Assembly: GCA_004022145.1 (NCBI GenBank)
Contig: RCNU01000019.1
Source: Paecilomyces variotii
Lineage: Eukaryota
Strand: one strand, 5' to 3'
DNA length: 64,000 nucleotides
Numbering within the stretch: the first letter of the stretch is position 1; every line of letters starts with the position of its first letter. The position numbers were made by a program, and so were the translations under genes. Below, one piece after another: positions 27,431-39,890 of the stretch. The notes below the pieces were generated by a model. The model searched no databases. It worked only from the letters and a program-made list of their open reading frames with translations, and had not been told where the DNA came from.

Positions 27431-30204
27431 AGATTTCTTTTAGGTCGAGTCCCGTCCTCTTTATTCGATTATCCGATACGAAACGATACAATTCGATGCG
27501 ATGCGGATGACAGGTCAATAGAGTGGAGGGACACTGAAGTGGTTAGGGAGGGGAAGGGAGTGAGGAGGTGCAACATGCAAGCAATTAATGGTTCTTTAAT
27601 ATATAGTATAGTATTATAGCAGCAGAATCCTTCGACGAGACGAATGGAGTATCACTCATTGATCAAAACTTTCTTTCGCTTGATATATATCCCTACTATA
27701 AGTTGATCTTCCACTAGGGGTTGATCTCAAAGAGATACTTCCTGTCAACAAGGCAGTATAGAGACGACGATCAGATGGATCTCCAGCCTTGAAGGAGCAC
27801 CAAGGCTGACGGATAGAGCCGCATAGGAGGCGATACAGCAAGGCCTTGCAAGGCCATACACCACGATCAGGAAGGACCAACTGCGTCGACAAGGGTAGTG
27901 CGAGGCCGATTGAATAGCCTGAACACCTTTCTGTTTTACTATTGTTGGTCCTTATCTTGTTTGGGCGGGAACTCTATCGATACCCAGGTCCGTGATGTCG
28001 GAATTCCCAGACAACAGTGAAATGGACTTTGCTTCAACCAAAATGCATTAACTATACATTAACCGTATACTCGCCGTGGGTAATTTCCAAAAACCCCTCT
28101 TGCTGGTTGATTCACTATTAGAATCACTGGTATATAGAACCCGACTGTCGCTCTGTATTCTTATTACCTCCCAACCCCTTCAGAATAAAGCCTCTCGTAT
28201 AAACCTCGATTCATATCGTATAATACCTTTATATCAATATGCCCTGTTAGAGATCCAGGCAGTCTAACAAGGAGTTCTCCTTTTTGGTCGACTGGCAGAA
28301 AGCCAATATCCCCTTTATGTATTCGTTCTGGAACACCATACCGTGAACGAGAAATTCCAAACTTGGCGAATTTGGAAACATTAGGTACCATCAGTTACAA
28401 CTTAACCGGTACCTGGTATAACTTTAATCGGATCGCAAACCAAGACCTTGCTGACGCGTTCGACTATAGGGAAGGACGAAGCTAGTCGTCAAGCATGACA
28501 GGATCTATGATAAACTCAGTCGTGGCAGAGTCAAGGGCTCTGCAGAAAAGTGGGAGCGTGGACCGGGTGGTGTTATCACCCCTCCCCAATACCTATGGTT
28601 AGTAGGCTTTATTTCAAGTCAAACTAAAGCTAATATCAAGATTTTAGCCAATCTTCCCCACGCGTGCGCCCGGTTCTGCCTTGACCGACTTTATCGATAT
28701 TGGAAAAGGCTCAACTTTTCAGGCAGCAGTTGGTTACCGGCCAAATTCCAAATACAACTCTCAGACATGAGCTCCAACACCTCCGAGATTTCGCCAGAGA
28801 GATGTTAATATAACTCCGCGTGGACAATTCAGAGAGAATGGTCAGGTTAAAAAAGATCCGTGTGCTCAACAGCGGTCGCAGCCGCGATGTCCTTCGAGAC
28901 CTGGCAGATGTTGCCCAGTGTAGGCGCATCAAAGGATGCTTAATCCTCCGAACACTTGCTGTCAAGAGATGCCTGTGCCTAAGGCTAGTTAAGGAAAGAC
29001 CACACACTCCCTTGTCAGGGGGTTACGTGGCAAACACGAAGTCGGAAGACTTTTGTTCGTAACAAGGTGGGTAGATCGCACGCAAAACATGGGAGAGATA
29101 CTTAGATTTTGTTAGCGTGGTACGCATTCTGCTCTTACTATACAATCACCTTACTTACTGTCGAACTATCGATCGATATCTTTACACAGACAACCGATCT
29201 TCTGATCGATAGTTATATATTCCTGAGCGTCACTGCTGAAATCTCGTTTCATAATGCCGCCCAAAGTGGACACAATAGGCACTTCTTTTCTCAGTGCTTG
29301 TTCCAGTCCATGGTTGATTTCTACAATGCTATTTCGATGGGAAGCTCCGCATACGGTACAAGAAGATGCAGGATTTCAGAACCCCAGATTGCATAGATTT
29401 ATTCAAAATAGTAATAAAGTGATTAGACCCAGTCCCATGTGGTCATACTATATCAGCTCTTGCGCCCTCTCCCTCTGCGTAGGTTCGATTACGGCTCTGC
29501 ACGTAAACTCTAGTTACCTATATTGTTTTTCTCTCTGAGGAACCCTAGGGAAAGAAAGAATGAATTATGGCATCTGCAAACTTCTATTTCTAATATAAGG
29601 CTGTGCAGGAAGTGAGTACAATATCTAAACCTTCGACCTCCATATTAGGCTAGACCTTCAATATCATCTCAGAATCGTGTGTTCTTCTTTGTCTTCTCTC
29701 CAAGAATTCACATACCTCCGTCCTATCTTGTCGGAGCCTGCCTACATGCAAGCCTCCGTTTTGTCGGGTTTCTCCCGCGCCTTTCTAGCTCCACCCAGAG
29801 AGATAAATAGGCCCAGCTAGTTGCTAGAGAATTCAAGTTCGCGCGAGCTTCGCTTCCAGATATCTTCATCCTTCTTTGGAAATACAAAGTTTGCTCCACT
29901 TTTCAGCTTCCTCTGAAGTTTGCCTCTCTTGCTTTGTCTGCTCTCTTTGAGGTTTCATTCCGTCGCATTGGAAAGTTCTTCCCATTTCCGGTCCTCTTTG
30001 TGGATCAACGCTTGTTCACTCACACCGATTTTCTATTGAGAGCCGTGTTTCGTTTATTCTAGAGCTTTACTCCAGAATATACGCGTTTTTCGCTCTCCTA
30101 GAGAAGCGATAAATACAGCAAGAAAGCCTGCAGCCCTGTCAAAAAGGTAAGACCTCCTCACTCTCCTTATACCATAATTATCACAAGTGCTCAGAACCAG
30201 TAGG

Positions 30205-32874
30205 ATGGCGTCGCAGAAACTTCCTGGCCCTGAGTGGTTCACAACCCCCCAAGGTTCGGATGCCCCAAAAGGGTTGGCCAGAGAAGCTTCCATACGGAGA
30301 CCGTGCCGGGTGAATTTTTACGAATGCGAATCCGATGACTATGTCGAATGTAGAGTTCGACTGCTCCTAGATTCCCAGAATCCAAGACTTGTGATCAGTG
30401 TTGGGCCACAGGGTGACGGAAGTCCAGGCGCGCAGTTGGTTTTTACTGTTGAAAGTAACACTTTCACACTGGGAGTCGAAAAGCCAGGCGATACACTTTA
30501 TCAGACTATCAAGGACGCCCGGAAGAGGATGCCACGACTGTTTGAGGGATTCCCCACGACGTCACTGTATCTTGTGAAATTGCATGGCGCCCCAATCCAG
30601 ACTGGCCAGAGTTGGAGACTCGAGGGAGAAGCACGGAGCAACTGGGAGAAGTTGTCCCAATGGGCTAACCAGCATCGCAACATGCTTGTTTGGAAAAAAT
30701 GGCTTCCATCCCACAAGAACTTTGAACAGATTAACTCTTGGTTTTCGGTCCTCCAGTCCAAGGTGGCCGCGGTCCCAGGTGGCCGAGCAGCATTTTGGGC
30801 CTACACGGCCACAAAACCGGCTCAGCTCCCGGATGGCTCTGAGGGACGACGCCCCGAGTTGACTTGGCTTCGGATGACTGGAGATAATCGCGAGTCGAGG
30901 GAGGAGTACTGCAAGTGGATACCATCAGATCCGTTCTTCTGCAATGAGCTTGAAAGACAATGGAGGCTGGTCGAAGGCACTCGTATTGAAAGAGACGCCC
31001 AATATTGGTCGATAACCAGAACCTTTTCCCTCAAGAGACACCACCGTTTCATGATGGAGCATCATGAGCCTTCCAGCTGCTTTGTCCACGTCAAAGTTCA
31101 GCGCGCTGTTGACGGGGAACATCAGTTTATGATTCCTTGTATCAAACCATCGATAACCGCGAAGTTGGCATTTGTGGATTCAGATACCAAAGAAGTTCAG
31201 GACACCGATCTCCAGTATTCGGGAATCTTTGTGCAGAGACAAACAACCTGTGATTTTGTCATAGCCATGTCAGAGCCCCCGGAGATCAGCCCGCAAGGGC
31301 GTTTCATAGTTGTGGTCGCCGACCCCGATTCCGAGCCCAATCTCCAATCCATTGATCGCCAAATCGATGCATTGAAAGAAGCTGGAACCACCATGGTCTA
31401 TGGCGACATGGAATCCCAATTGGGTCAAGGGTACTCCCTCCATAACACGATTATGGCTCGGGGAGAAGAGCTCAATCCACACAGTGCAGGCTATTTCGAA
31501 CTGAGCATTCATCAGCTGTCAAGTCTCGATCGACCGACGCAAGAAATGCGCTTAGCGTATATCCTCCAGAAATTCCCTCTGAGCGAGTCTCAGCGTCGAG
31601 CATTCGACCGGTCAATCTACCACATCTGTGCCGGAGTACATCTGATCCAAGGTCCGCCGGGAACCGGCAAAACCCGCACAGCCTCAGTGATCATTCTTGC
31701 GCTCGCATGTCTTCATGTGCGTGTGTTGCTTGCTGCGGGATCCAATAAAGGGGTAGATAATCTGGCAGCTGCCGTGCTGCGTGAATTGGACAATGATCCC
31801 ACTCTCAGTGACTGGTGCGATGGCCAGCTCGTGCGTCTTCGATCACCAAGTTATCAGATATCTTCTTTGCGAGCCAAGAGCGCTTTGCACACTGTCAGCA
31901 AAGAGCATCGCGACAATTTAAGCAAGGACGAGGAGGACCTGCTTCGCGTGCAAATGGATTCACTGGTGCTCGCTCATGCCGAAGGGGATCCAGAGTCAGA
32001 GCTTCATTCCCAGCTTCTCAAGCTTCTGAGCTTTGACGAGACTCGGGGTTTAACTCAGAAGAGCTCAGAGCAACTAAGCGACTGCCTTGACAAACTCTCC
32101 ATTGCTGAGCTTAGTCGTAGTAGAATCGTCGCCACAACACTAACCAACGCATATCAGGAGATATTGCAGCATCCTGACTCTTTCCAACCAGATGTGCTTG
32201 TCTGCGACGAATCCAGCCAATGTCTTGAAGGTGACCACATGATCGCGATGACCATACCGTCCATCAGAGCAGTGATATTCCTCGGTGACCCGGATCTGCG
32301 ACCACCTCCACTTATCTCTGAACATGGAAGGAATGAATGTGCTCTATATCTGAAACGTTCGCTCATGGAGAGGCTATACGCAGCCGGATACCCCTGCACT
32401 GTGTTGTCAACTGACTACGGAAGCCATGTACAGAGCCTGGACCTCAGAAATCGTGAAGGGTACCATAAGAAGGCCCGGACAGTTGAGCAGCCGGTCAACT
32501 TCGGCGGCGTTCGAGCGCACGACCAGAACCGTCGAGCCCCTCAGCCACTGCCTCCAAAGCCACCGGTCATAGACCCGTCTCGCCGCCGTGCAGAGAGCTC
32601 AATTGTCCGCCGCCGTTCAGGTAGCCCTACTGGGTCCTCGACAGACTATCGCAACCGGTCTGATGACTTGAGAGACGGAGCCATGACTTCAACCAGAGAG
32701 AAAGAGGAAAAGGTCGCAATGTTAGAAATGGAGCAGGCCCAGAACGACGTAGACCTGGCCCAGAAAGACGTAGACCTGGCCCAAGCGCGGAGGAGGCTCG
32801 TTGATCTCCAACTCAGGATGGCAAGGAGGGAGCTCGAGCAAGACCGGGAGAGAGAGCGCGAGAGCAGCGGGTGA
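30205..32874 (+). CDS. Family member A: novel N-terminal domain + Upf1/Dna2-like SF1 helicase RecA1 only + RS/coiled-coil tail
   Basis: Walker A LIQGPPGTGKT (31651), AGSNKGVDNL, IVATT, Walker B DESSQ (32206), GDPDLRPP, SLMERL. Motifs V-VI are absent. ATG directly follows a putative 5' UTR intron (30147-30203). Confidence 0.85.
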   Translation: MASQKLPGPEWFTTPQGSDAPKGLAREASIRRPCRVNFYECESDDYVECRVRLLLDSQNPRLVISVGPQGDGSPGAQLVFTVESNTFTLGVEKPGDTLYQTIKDARKRMPRLFEGFPTTSLYLVKLHGAPIQTGQSWRLEGEARSNWEKLSQWANQHRNMLVWKKWLPSHKNFEQINSWFSVLQSKVAAVPGGRAAFWAYTATKPAQLPDGSEGRRPELTWLRMTGDNRESREEYCKWIPSDPFFCNELERQWRLVEGTRIERDAQYWSITRTFSLKRHHRFMMEHHEPSSCFVHVKVQRAVDGEHQFMIPCIKPSITAKLAFVDSDTKEVQDTDLQYSGIFVQRQTTCDFVIAMSEPPEISPQGRFIVVVADPDSEPNLQSIDRQIDALKEAGTTMVYGDMESQLGQGYSLHNTIMARGEELNPHSAGYFELSIHQLSSLDRPTQEMRLAYILQKFPLSESQRRAFDRSIYHICAGVHLIQGPPGTGKTRTASVIILALACLHVRVLLAAGSNKGVDNLAAAVLRELDNDPTLSDWCDGQLVRLRSPSYQISSLRAKSALHTVSKEHRDNLSKDEEDLLRVQMDSLVLAHAEGDPESELHSQLLKLLSFDETRGLTQKSSEQLSDCLDKLSIAELSRSRIVATTLTNAYQEILQHPDSFQPDVLVCDESSQCLEGDHMIAMTIPSIRAVIFLGDPDLRPPPLISEHGRNECALYLKRSLMERLYAAGYPCTVLSTDYGSHVQSLDLRNREGYHKKARTVEQPVNFGGVRAHDQNRRAPQPLPPKPPVIDPSRRRAESSIVRRRSGSPTGSSTDYRNRSDDLRDGAMTSTREKEEKVAMLEMEQAQNDVDLAQKDVDLAQARRRLVDLQLRMARRELEQDRERERESSG

Positions 32875-35800
32875 ATTTCAGCAGACAACAACAAAGAAAG
32901 AGGCAAGGCGGGCGGGGAAATAGATAGATAGCCCATAATAGATAGTCTAATAATATGCCATGGATACTTTTTTCTTTGCTTGTATCTACCCTTCCCTCCT
33001 GAAAAGCCCAAGAGCCATAGACTAAGATACGGTGAGGCCACCAAGTAGAGAGATTGGAAGCTGTGGCGATATCGATCGAATGATCATGGGGCACCTCAGA
33101 GGTGCGAGTCTGATATCTGGGAGTGCTTGCAGAGCGTATAGTCCGGGAACGTTCACCGTTCTGTCACTCTTTTCACACTCAAGAAGAGTGAGGTAAATCA
33201 CGATGGCCCAAGCTTGAAGAGCGTCTACTTAGAAATTGTCGTATATCTTATCCAATTCCATACTAGTAGAGACTGGAATGGAAGCGCGGGGAAGCACGAG
33301 GTATGCCGTATATCCGGGGAGCACGTCGATTAGCAGCTAACTATCGGTAAAGAATGCATAGCAAGGAGAATTTCCCGTAGCGTGAGCATGTATGCAGCTA
33401 TTACAGCAAGGCCAACGGCTCTGCAGAGTCTGCTGTAGCTTAATGTAATAGAATGTGCGTGCTGTCTCTATCATGATTATGGTCATAGGAGACCGTGTAG
33501 GGTAATCTAGGAGTACACGCATAAGCAACAAGGTCATTCAGATCTATGCTCATTGAAATCCCGAAATAGTACCATAATCGCTTTTTACTCTACAGTCGGA
33601 AGCATTGGATTGGTGGAAGTTGCTGGTGACACAGCTTCACGAAAAGGGAAGTTGTTACAGGTATCGTGATCGACGCCAATACTGATTATCATCGATGAGA
33701 CTATGTAGGTATGACCTGTCCTGAGTAGACGGAGAGCTCATATCATACCTCAACACCACGAGAACAGGCTTTATATTGAACTTGTTTCTTTCTTTCATTG
33801 TGGTCTTTGTCAAATACCCCGACATGGCGTGGTCACGATCATGACATACTCCAGATCGATCCGTCCACAAGCGAAGATGGTGGAGCACAAGGGAGATTGA
33901 AATTGGAGCTGCACTCATATGAGATCAAACGACGGACAAAGCTTAGGAGCAATAATGAAATGGTTTCCCTGAAGGTCCATCGAGTCGGTCTCGCCAGGAC
34001 GACAGCAGGAATGACCTTTCTACCGAGCCGAATTTCCCGTCCCACGATGCCGCCTGTCTCCCTCGGACTTCGAATTTGTCCCAAGTCAGACCGCAGCACT
34101 ATGCGGAAAAAGGGAAAGCGAGATAGCGAAGCCTTAAGTATTATTATTCTATTCTAAGCATTTCACATTCTTCCGTGCGCCTGGCGACCGCGTATGCTCC
34201 CACGTCAGCAAGCAGGGCTGGCAACGAAGCCATGTGGACGATGGACTTGTTCATCCAGAGCGGCATTGGACGTGTCGCAGTCCAGGCCTGTTCTACGCCC
34301 TGTCGAACAAGAGACAAGCTTTGTCTCTGAAACGCCCGGTCGGCGCTTGTTGAAGAAACACTGCAAAAAGAGAGAGACCGGTTTCACGACGCGCCGTCCA
34401 GCCGGGACCGGCGCTAGTTATCTCTCGATCGATCCATCGTCAGACGAGTCGATTACTCGCATAGGACCATCATCCTGGCACAGTCTATATAGCTACAGCA
34501 GCGCGACAACAATGGGAAAATAATAACGACGGATCTCAGACTGTCATAGCGGCGGTGGGCGCGAATGATGAGGCAGGACAAGCAAGCAGACCCGAGAGGG
34601 GATAATCAAACCGCATGGAGACAGTTCTTCAGTACGATCCAATAACCGGATGCCTTGCTGTCAGTCGAGACCAACTGCTGTGCTGGAAAGAGACGGGGAA
34701 ATCGAGTTGTCGCGACGGCCCGTTCAACGATGCCTACAGTAACTATCGCATCGATAGCATGCAAATTCAATTCCCGATTCCCCATCGACCGAGCGCCACG
34801 GTTGCTCAGCGGAGACCAGAACATACGCAGTCATTCACTGGATGGCGAAATTAGGGTTAATCTCATAATCCATGGTGCGTTGTTCCTGCATCCAGGGGAA
34901 CGCCTCTGGCATCAACTTCTAGGGCTGTTCACATGGCAATGGTCAGATTCCTGATCTATCTATCTACTCTGTGGGTTGTACTCTACTTTCTCTATGATGT
35001 CCAGAAAGGCTTTGTGTCGATCCCGTCCGATCATTTAGCACCGTCTTCGATGGTTCTTCTCGGGGGTGATATCCTCACCGCTAGCAGCCCAGTGGCGAGA
35101 GCGCCAAACCGGTCTAGTGATAGGGCGAGACGCCATCGACGGGGAGAAGCGAGGAGAGTTCGTCCCTGCAGGAGATTCAGGAACAGGCTGGTTGGCCACG
35201 CTCAGGCACCAAGGGTCGGTGGACGCGCCCAGACATCCAGTTGGTCTGTCTCCTCATCGCATCCACGGCGGTTCTTCCTCCACCAGCCCTGACATGTCGA
35301 TGTCGAGCTAATCAGGTGTCTGAGCCTTGAGGGGCGTGGACGGCGATCCGATGGTTCCAATCGGGCAATGTCAACCATCATCTAGGGGCCTCTCCACTGG
35401 CGTTTCATCTCGAGAGCGAAATAATAATGACCCAGACGTGGCCACCACTTTATCCAAGTACGCCGTTGACCAGTGAATCGGATAGCCATCATGGTTGGTC
35501 TGTGTCTGTTCGTCCCGCTAGAAACTGACAGCACTTAGCGCCTGCGGAGATGCTTTGACTGCGCGCCTCGTCCCAGCTATCGGGCACCAATAGTTCAGAG
35601 GCCCTTTCTAGACCGATGCTGCATTTTGTTACCGGTGGGGGCAAATGCTGCATGCATAGGTTATAAAATCCTATATCTTGCAAGCCCCCCAGGGAATCCT
35701 TTCTTGTTCACCACCTTGTCCTTCCCTTTCCAAACTTCAGCGTACATACGTCTTGCGTGCAAGCCACGCCGTGCCGGGCACGACCAACACCAACACTCCT

Positions 35801-35965
35801 TTTCTCTTGCAGAAAGTTCATTCCTTTAAAAGAGCTCCTATCAGCTCATCCACCCTCCTTTCGACCCAAAAATACTCGGGTTTGATACTGGTTGAGAAGT
35901 TCTCTCCTTCATCTTCTTGACTATACAAGAACATATCGAAGAAGCAGTTTCACCAGGTCATCAAG

Positions 35966-36769
35966 ATGGTTTCTTTCAGCGCTCTTTTCGTGTCCGGCCT
36001 CATGGCTACCGTTGCTCTGGCTGCTCCTCACCAGGCGCATCAGCACCTCCACGCCAAGCGTAACGCTACTTCCGCCAAGAAGGGTGCTGCTTACAACGAG
36101 GCCTCCCTCGTCGCTGCATTGACTGGTGTCTCCTGGGCCTACAACTGGAACATGGAGCCCGATGGTACCCTTCCCCCCGGCGTGGAGTACGTCCCCATGC
36201 TCTGGGGCCCCAAGATGTACAGTGGCTGGTCTGCCGCTGCCGACTCGGCCCTTTCCTCTGGCAGCAAGTACCTGTTGGGCTTCAACGAGCCCGACGTCGC
36301 CAGCCAGGCCAACATGTCGCCGTCCCAGGCTGCCTCCGACTACAAGCAGTACATGACCCCCTACGCCGGCAATGCCACCCTCGTCAGCCCGGCTGTTAGC
36401 AACTCTGGCTCCGCCGGTCAGGGACTGGACTGGATGAAGAGCTTCCTCAGCGAGTGCACTGACTGCCAGATCAGCGCTCTTGCTGTCCACTGGTACGCCG
36501 ATGCGTCCCTCACCGACTACTTCAAGCAGTTCGTCAACCAGGCCATCGAACTCGCCAACCAGAACAACATCCAGGAGGTTTGGATCACCGAGTTCCAGGC
36601 CACCGGTGACGATGCCTCTCAGGTCCAGTTCCTCACTGAGATTCTCCCTTGGCTCGACTCTCAGGCGGGTGTTGGCCGCTACTCCTACTTCATGTGCTCC
36701 AACTCGGTCCTCCTGACTGCTGCCAACGTCCTCAGCCAAATTGGTCAGGCTTACATGTCCCTTTTTTAA
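35966..36769 (+). CDS. Secreted GH128 (Glyco_hydro_cc, Asl1-like) beta-1,3-glucanase
   Basis: Signal peptide, KKGAAYN, WAYNW, EYVPMLWG, catalytic LLGFNEPD and WITEF, AVHWY. Strongly C-ending codon usage. Confidence 0.9.
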   Translation: MVSFSALFVSGLMATVALAAPHQAHQHLHAKRNATSAKKGAAYNEASLVAALTGVSWAYNWNMEPDGTLPPGVEYVPMLWGPKMYSGWSAAADSALSSGSKYLLGFNEPDVASQANMSPSQAASDYKQYMTPYAGNATLVSPAVSNSGSAGQGLDWMKSFLSECTDCQISALAVHWYADASLTDYFKQFVNQAIELANQNNIQEVWITEFQATGDDASQVQFLTEILPWLDSQAGVGRYSYFMCSNSVLLTAANVLSQIGQAYMSLF

Positions 36770-37791
36770 ATATCCACATCAATCACCGCTTGACTTCGGC
36801 AACTTTCCATTACCATTGAAGCCATGATTTGTATGGATATTCTTCGATTCTTCTACTCCACTGCGCATTTTTTGTTAGCAGTGGCCTTTTGATACAAACC
36901 ACTTCTTTTTTTTTTTTTTTTCTTTCTCTTCACTTCTTGGGACCTGGGTCTCTATCCTTTTCTTTTTCTCTTCTCATGGCCTTTGCTGGATCCTTTTTTT
37001 GGTCCGACAAGGACGGAGATGATTTTTGTGAATAAAAAGTTGTCTTTTTCGGGACTTGTATGCTTGCAGCCTTGCATATACTTAGGACCATGCTCGGCCA
37101 GGAGCAACGAGCTATGATATATACGATAGCGAGCCAAAATTCAAAAACTGCGGAATGTGCATCTATTCAGAGTAGACTTTTCATCACAGTAGACTATCAG
37201 CTAGCCCGCAAAGTAGTTCTTGACCTGCCTTTTGCACACACCGTCGTGTACCCTAAACCCCCAACTAAGTCGCAACCTCAGCGGCAACACTCTCACTAAA
37301 CCATGGGTCCAGCAGAACTCTCATCAGCGCCAAACGTTCCAGACCAAAGAGGTAGGAAACCTTCTGGGCGCCAAGAGTGCGCAAAATTTCCAGTCCACGA
37401 GGAGGAGTAGAATATAATTGGTGTTCCGAATGAAAGGTGCGATGGCAAATGAGATCCTAAATCATCAGGATCTTGATACATGTACTTCTTATGGATGGAA
37501 CTGGGGCTAAATAGGAGCACAGTCCCTTAAGTCTCGCGACTAGATCTAGACGAAATAAACGTCTTGGTTGACCGTAAATGTACGAGTCTGTCTCTACAAT
37601 TCGATTTGATTTTTATTTCTATCTAATATTGCTTCCGTGGGGAAAACCTACGCGGAGCATAATAATGTCGTGTTTCTCCAGTCGGCTTAGAAATGAGATT
37701 GCTGCCATTATGATAATACTCTAGTACAATTTGGAGTCCTTTATCCGCCCTTCACACCTGTCTCTGCCTTGTGTAGTATGATGCATATGCA

Positions 37792-38169
37792 TCACGAGTT
37801 TTGCTCTCTCCGAGCTCGTCTCCTCTCTAACTCCGCACGTAGCATTTGCAGTTCTTGTTCTGCAACCCTCCGGCGGTGTTCAGCTGATCTCCTGTCTTGC
37901 TCTGCCTTCAGCATCTGCCATTCGTGATAAGCACCCTTCTCTTTGGCTTGGAGTACCGCCAGTTTAGAGAGGCATACGGCGTCTTCAGCGAGTTCCAGAG
38001 CCTTCTCCTCCAGGAACCTATCCTCTCGGTCACGGCGTGCTGCGTTCTCTTCTGTATCATCCCGTCTAGTGTCTGGGGATCGGTGGCGATACTGGCTCTT
38101 GTGTGAAGTGGGACTGCGCGAACGGCTGCGAGGATCCTCGGTCTGCGGAGGCTGGGTGTCATGGTCCAT
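37792..38169 (-). CDS. Family member B: tail-only protein (RSRSRSPT..YRHR + coiled coil), 125 aa
   Basis: Same RxRSxSPT-x-YRxR motif and charged coiled coil as the tails of 30205 and 39891. Its upstream intron (donor ~38224) resembles that of 39891 (gcatattctccag.ata.tcac...tagg). Confidence 0.65.
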   Translation of the reverse strand: MDHDTQPPQTEDPRSRSRSPTSHKSQYRHRSPDTRRDDTEENAARRDREDRFLEEKALELAEDAVCLSKLAVLQAKEKGAYHEWQMLKAEQDRRSAEHRRRVAEQELQMLRAELERRRARREQNS

Positions 38170-39314
38170 TCCTAATATCTGTGAATATCCTGGAGAATAT
38201 GCAATGCAAGGAGATTAAACTTACTTTGTTAATATGGACTGAATTTCCTTTAGATATCTGTTTGTTCTCTCTCTGGCAGTCAAGAGCACGGATGTGTGGT
38301 GGTCAAGGACGAAGTGGTAGGTAGGTGGTAAGAAGACAAGAGAAGAGAAGACGAATTGAAGAAAATCATATGTGGGAGGATTAGAAGACAAAGAAAATCT
38401 TTTCTCATATGCTAGGTTGTGTTGTGTTATTATCAGATGACTGTGACAATGAATTCGGTAGACATCGGTTCGTTGAACTATTCGTCAGGAAGCTATCTTA
38501 TTTCACAGAGAATTACCTTCTCTGTGGTATGTATAAATGCTGCTTTACTACGCTGTACCTTCTTCTGGGTTTATATAGGCTCTAGAATATTGAATATTCT
38601 TATTCATAATCTATAGGAAGATGTATTCAGATAAAGAAGTACCTGTGTGCTTATCAGCAAGGACAGAACTTATTATCATACATGTAAAAATTCATTCTGA
38701 GATTTCACTTCTGAGCCCGAGTGCCCTCTTTGTCTGGTCCTTATGATATAATAGGATATTGAAACTACATATCCATTATGCAGTATGATAGCGCATCTCC
38801 GTCTTACAGTAAGGACAGTTCTGCTGCTGTAATGCCGGAGATATGTAAGTCGTAAGAGATGGCGTCTTATGCTAAATACTCATGAGCAATATATAGAGAT
38901 CATGTAACCTTGTTGTGTATTATGCTTGAGCAAAAGCTTCATGTTTCTGGTTCTATGCATCTGTAAAACAGCCCGTTGCTGTGACCGATTGACAAGACTC
39001 TGTTCGTTGGAAAGAGATACCCCTTGAGTCTTGTCTGTATGTTCCATACTCCCAGGCTTTACGCTTTCTATAATGGGTTTCTATCGAAGTTAGTATCCCA
39101 ATGGACCACACTATGTATAGTAGAATAGTCGTGACTTGCTCAAGAGTTTTCTTTTCCTTTATTGTCGAGTCCACGTACATCAGAGTACATGATATTAGTA
39201 TCCAGTCTTCTTCGAACGAGATATCGAGAAAAGAGGGTTGCTGAATGAGAGGAGCAGTGTCGAGTGCCAATATACCAGTACCATCCGCTCCATCTGCTGG
39301 CTTGAAGGGCCACG

Positions 39315-39430
39315 AAGGTGAGGCTGAGAGGGCACCTACCTCAACTTGGAACACAAACACAACCCCCCTTCTGGGCACATGACGCACAAAGAAGCCCCAA
39401 CCCTCTCCTTTGAATTTTTATTTTTCTCCT
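39315..39430 (+). repeat. Dispersed ~115-bp promoter-like repeat, copy 1
   Basis: aaggtgag.ctgag..gggcacct.cctcaa..aacacaaacac..aacccccct..gcac.tgacgcacaaaga, shared with 41712-41825. Confidence 0.85.
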
Positions 39431-39890
39431 TGAACTTCCTTCTCTCCCACAAATCCCATTCCGGTGCATTTCCCCTTGCACAGAGAGCGTCTCTTCACTG
39501 CCTCGAATTTGCCTCTTTCAGCTGTCTGTGAGAGCTACAGTTTCGCGGGCCCCCTGAATCTCACCGAAAGAGTCGACCGTTTTGACATTTCCTGGCTTGC
39601 TTTGCGTAGCCGGCGGTTTTCTACTTTCGATTGTATCTGAGCGTGGAATTTTCTCTCCTGGGTTTCTATCTGCCAGGCTTGACCTCTCTCACAACTTGCC
39701 GACTCTCCTTCGAAAGCTAAGTCCAATTACTCGGTTACTCCTGTGATACTTTGCCAGTGGCTGATCAGTTTTTTTCCCCTGTTAGGTCTATTCTCTTCGG
39801 ATTGTTTGGTTGGTTGAAGGAACTCTATTTCACAAGTAAGAACTCATTCCACTTGCAGCATATATTCTCCAGTATACTCACCAATTTAGG

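Noticed and set aside
27656-28400. Possible degenerate kinase-like gene on the minus strand
   Set aside because: Only vague resemblance and no clean catalytic motifs; it would need tBLASTn to support.
25700-29500. Possible Starship captain (DUF3435 tyrosine recombinase) at the island edge
   Set aside because: No long ORF or recognisable recombinase motif in the frames I could read; only short unassignable ORFs.
35921-36739. Long antisense ORFs over GH128 (also over thi4 at 62939-63610 and nab2)
   Set aside because: Shadow ORFs caused by biased codon usage in real genes.
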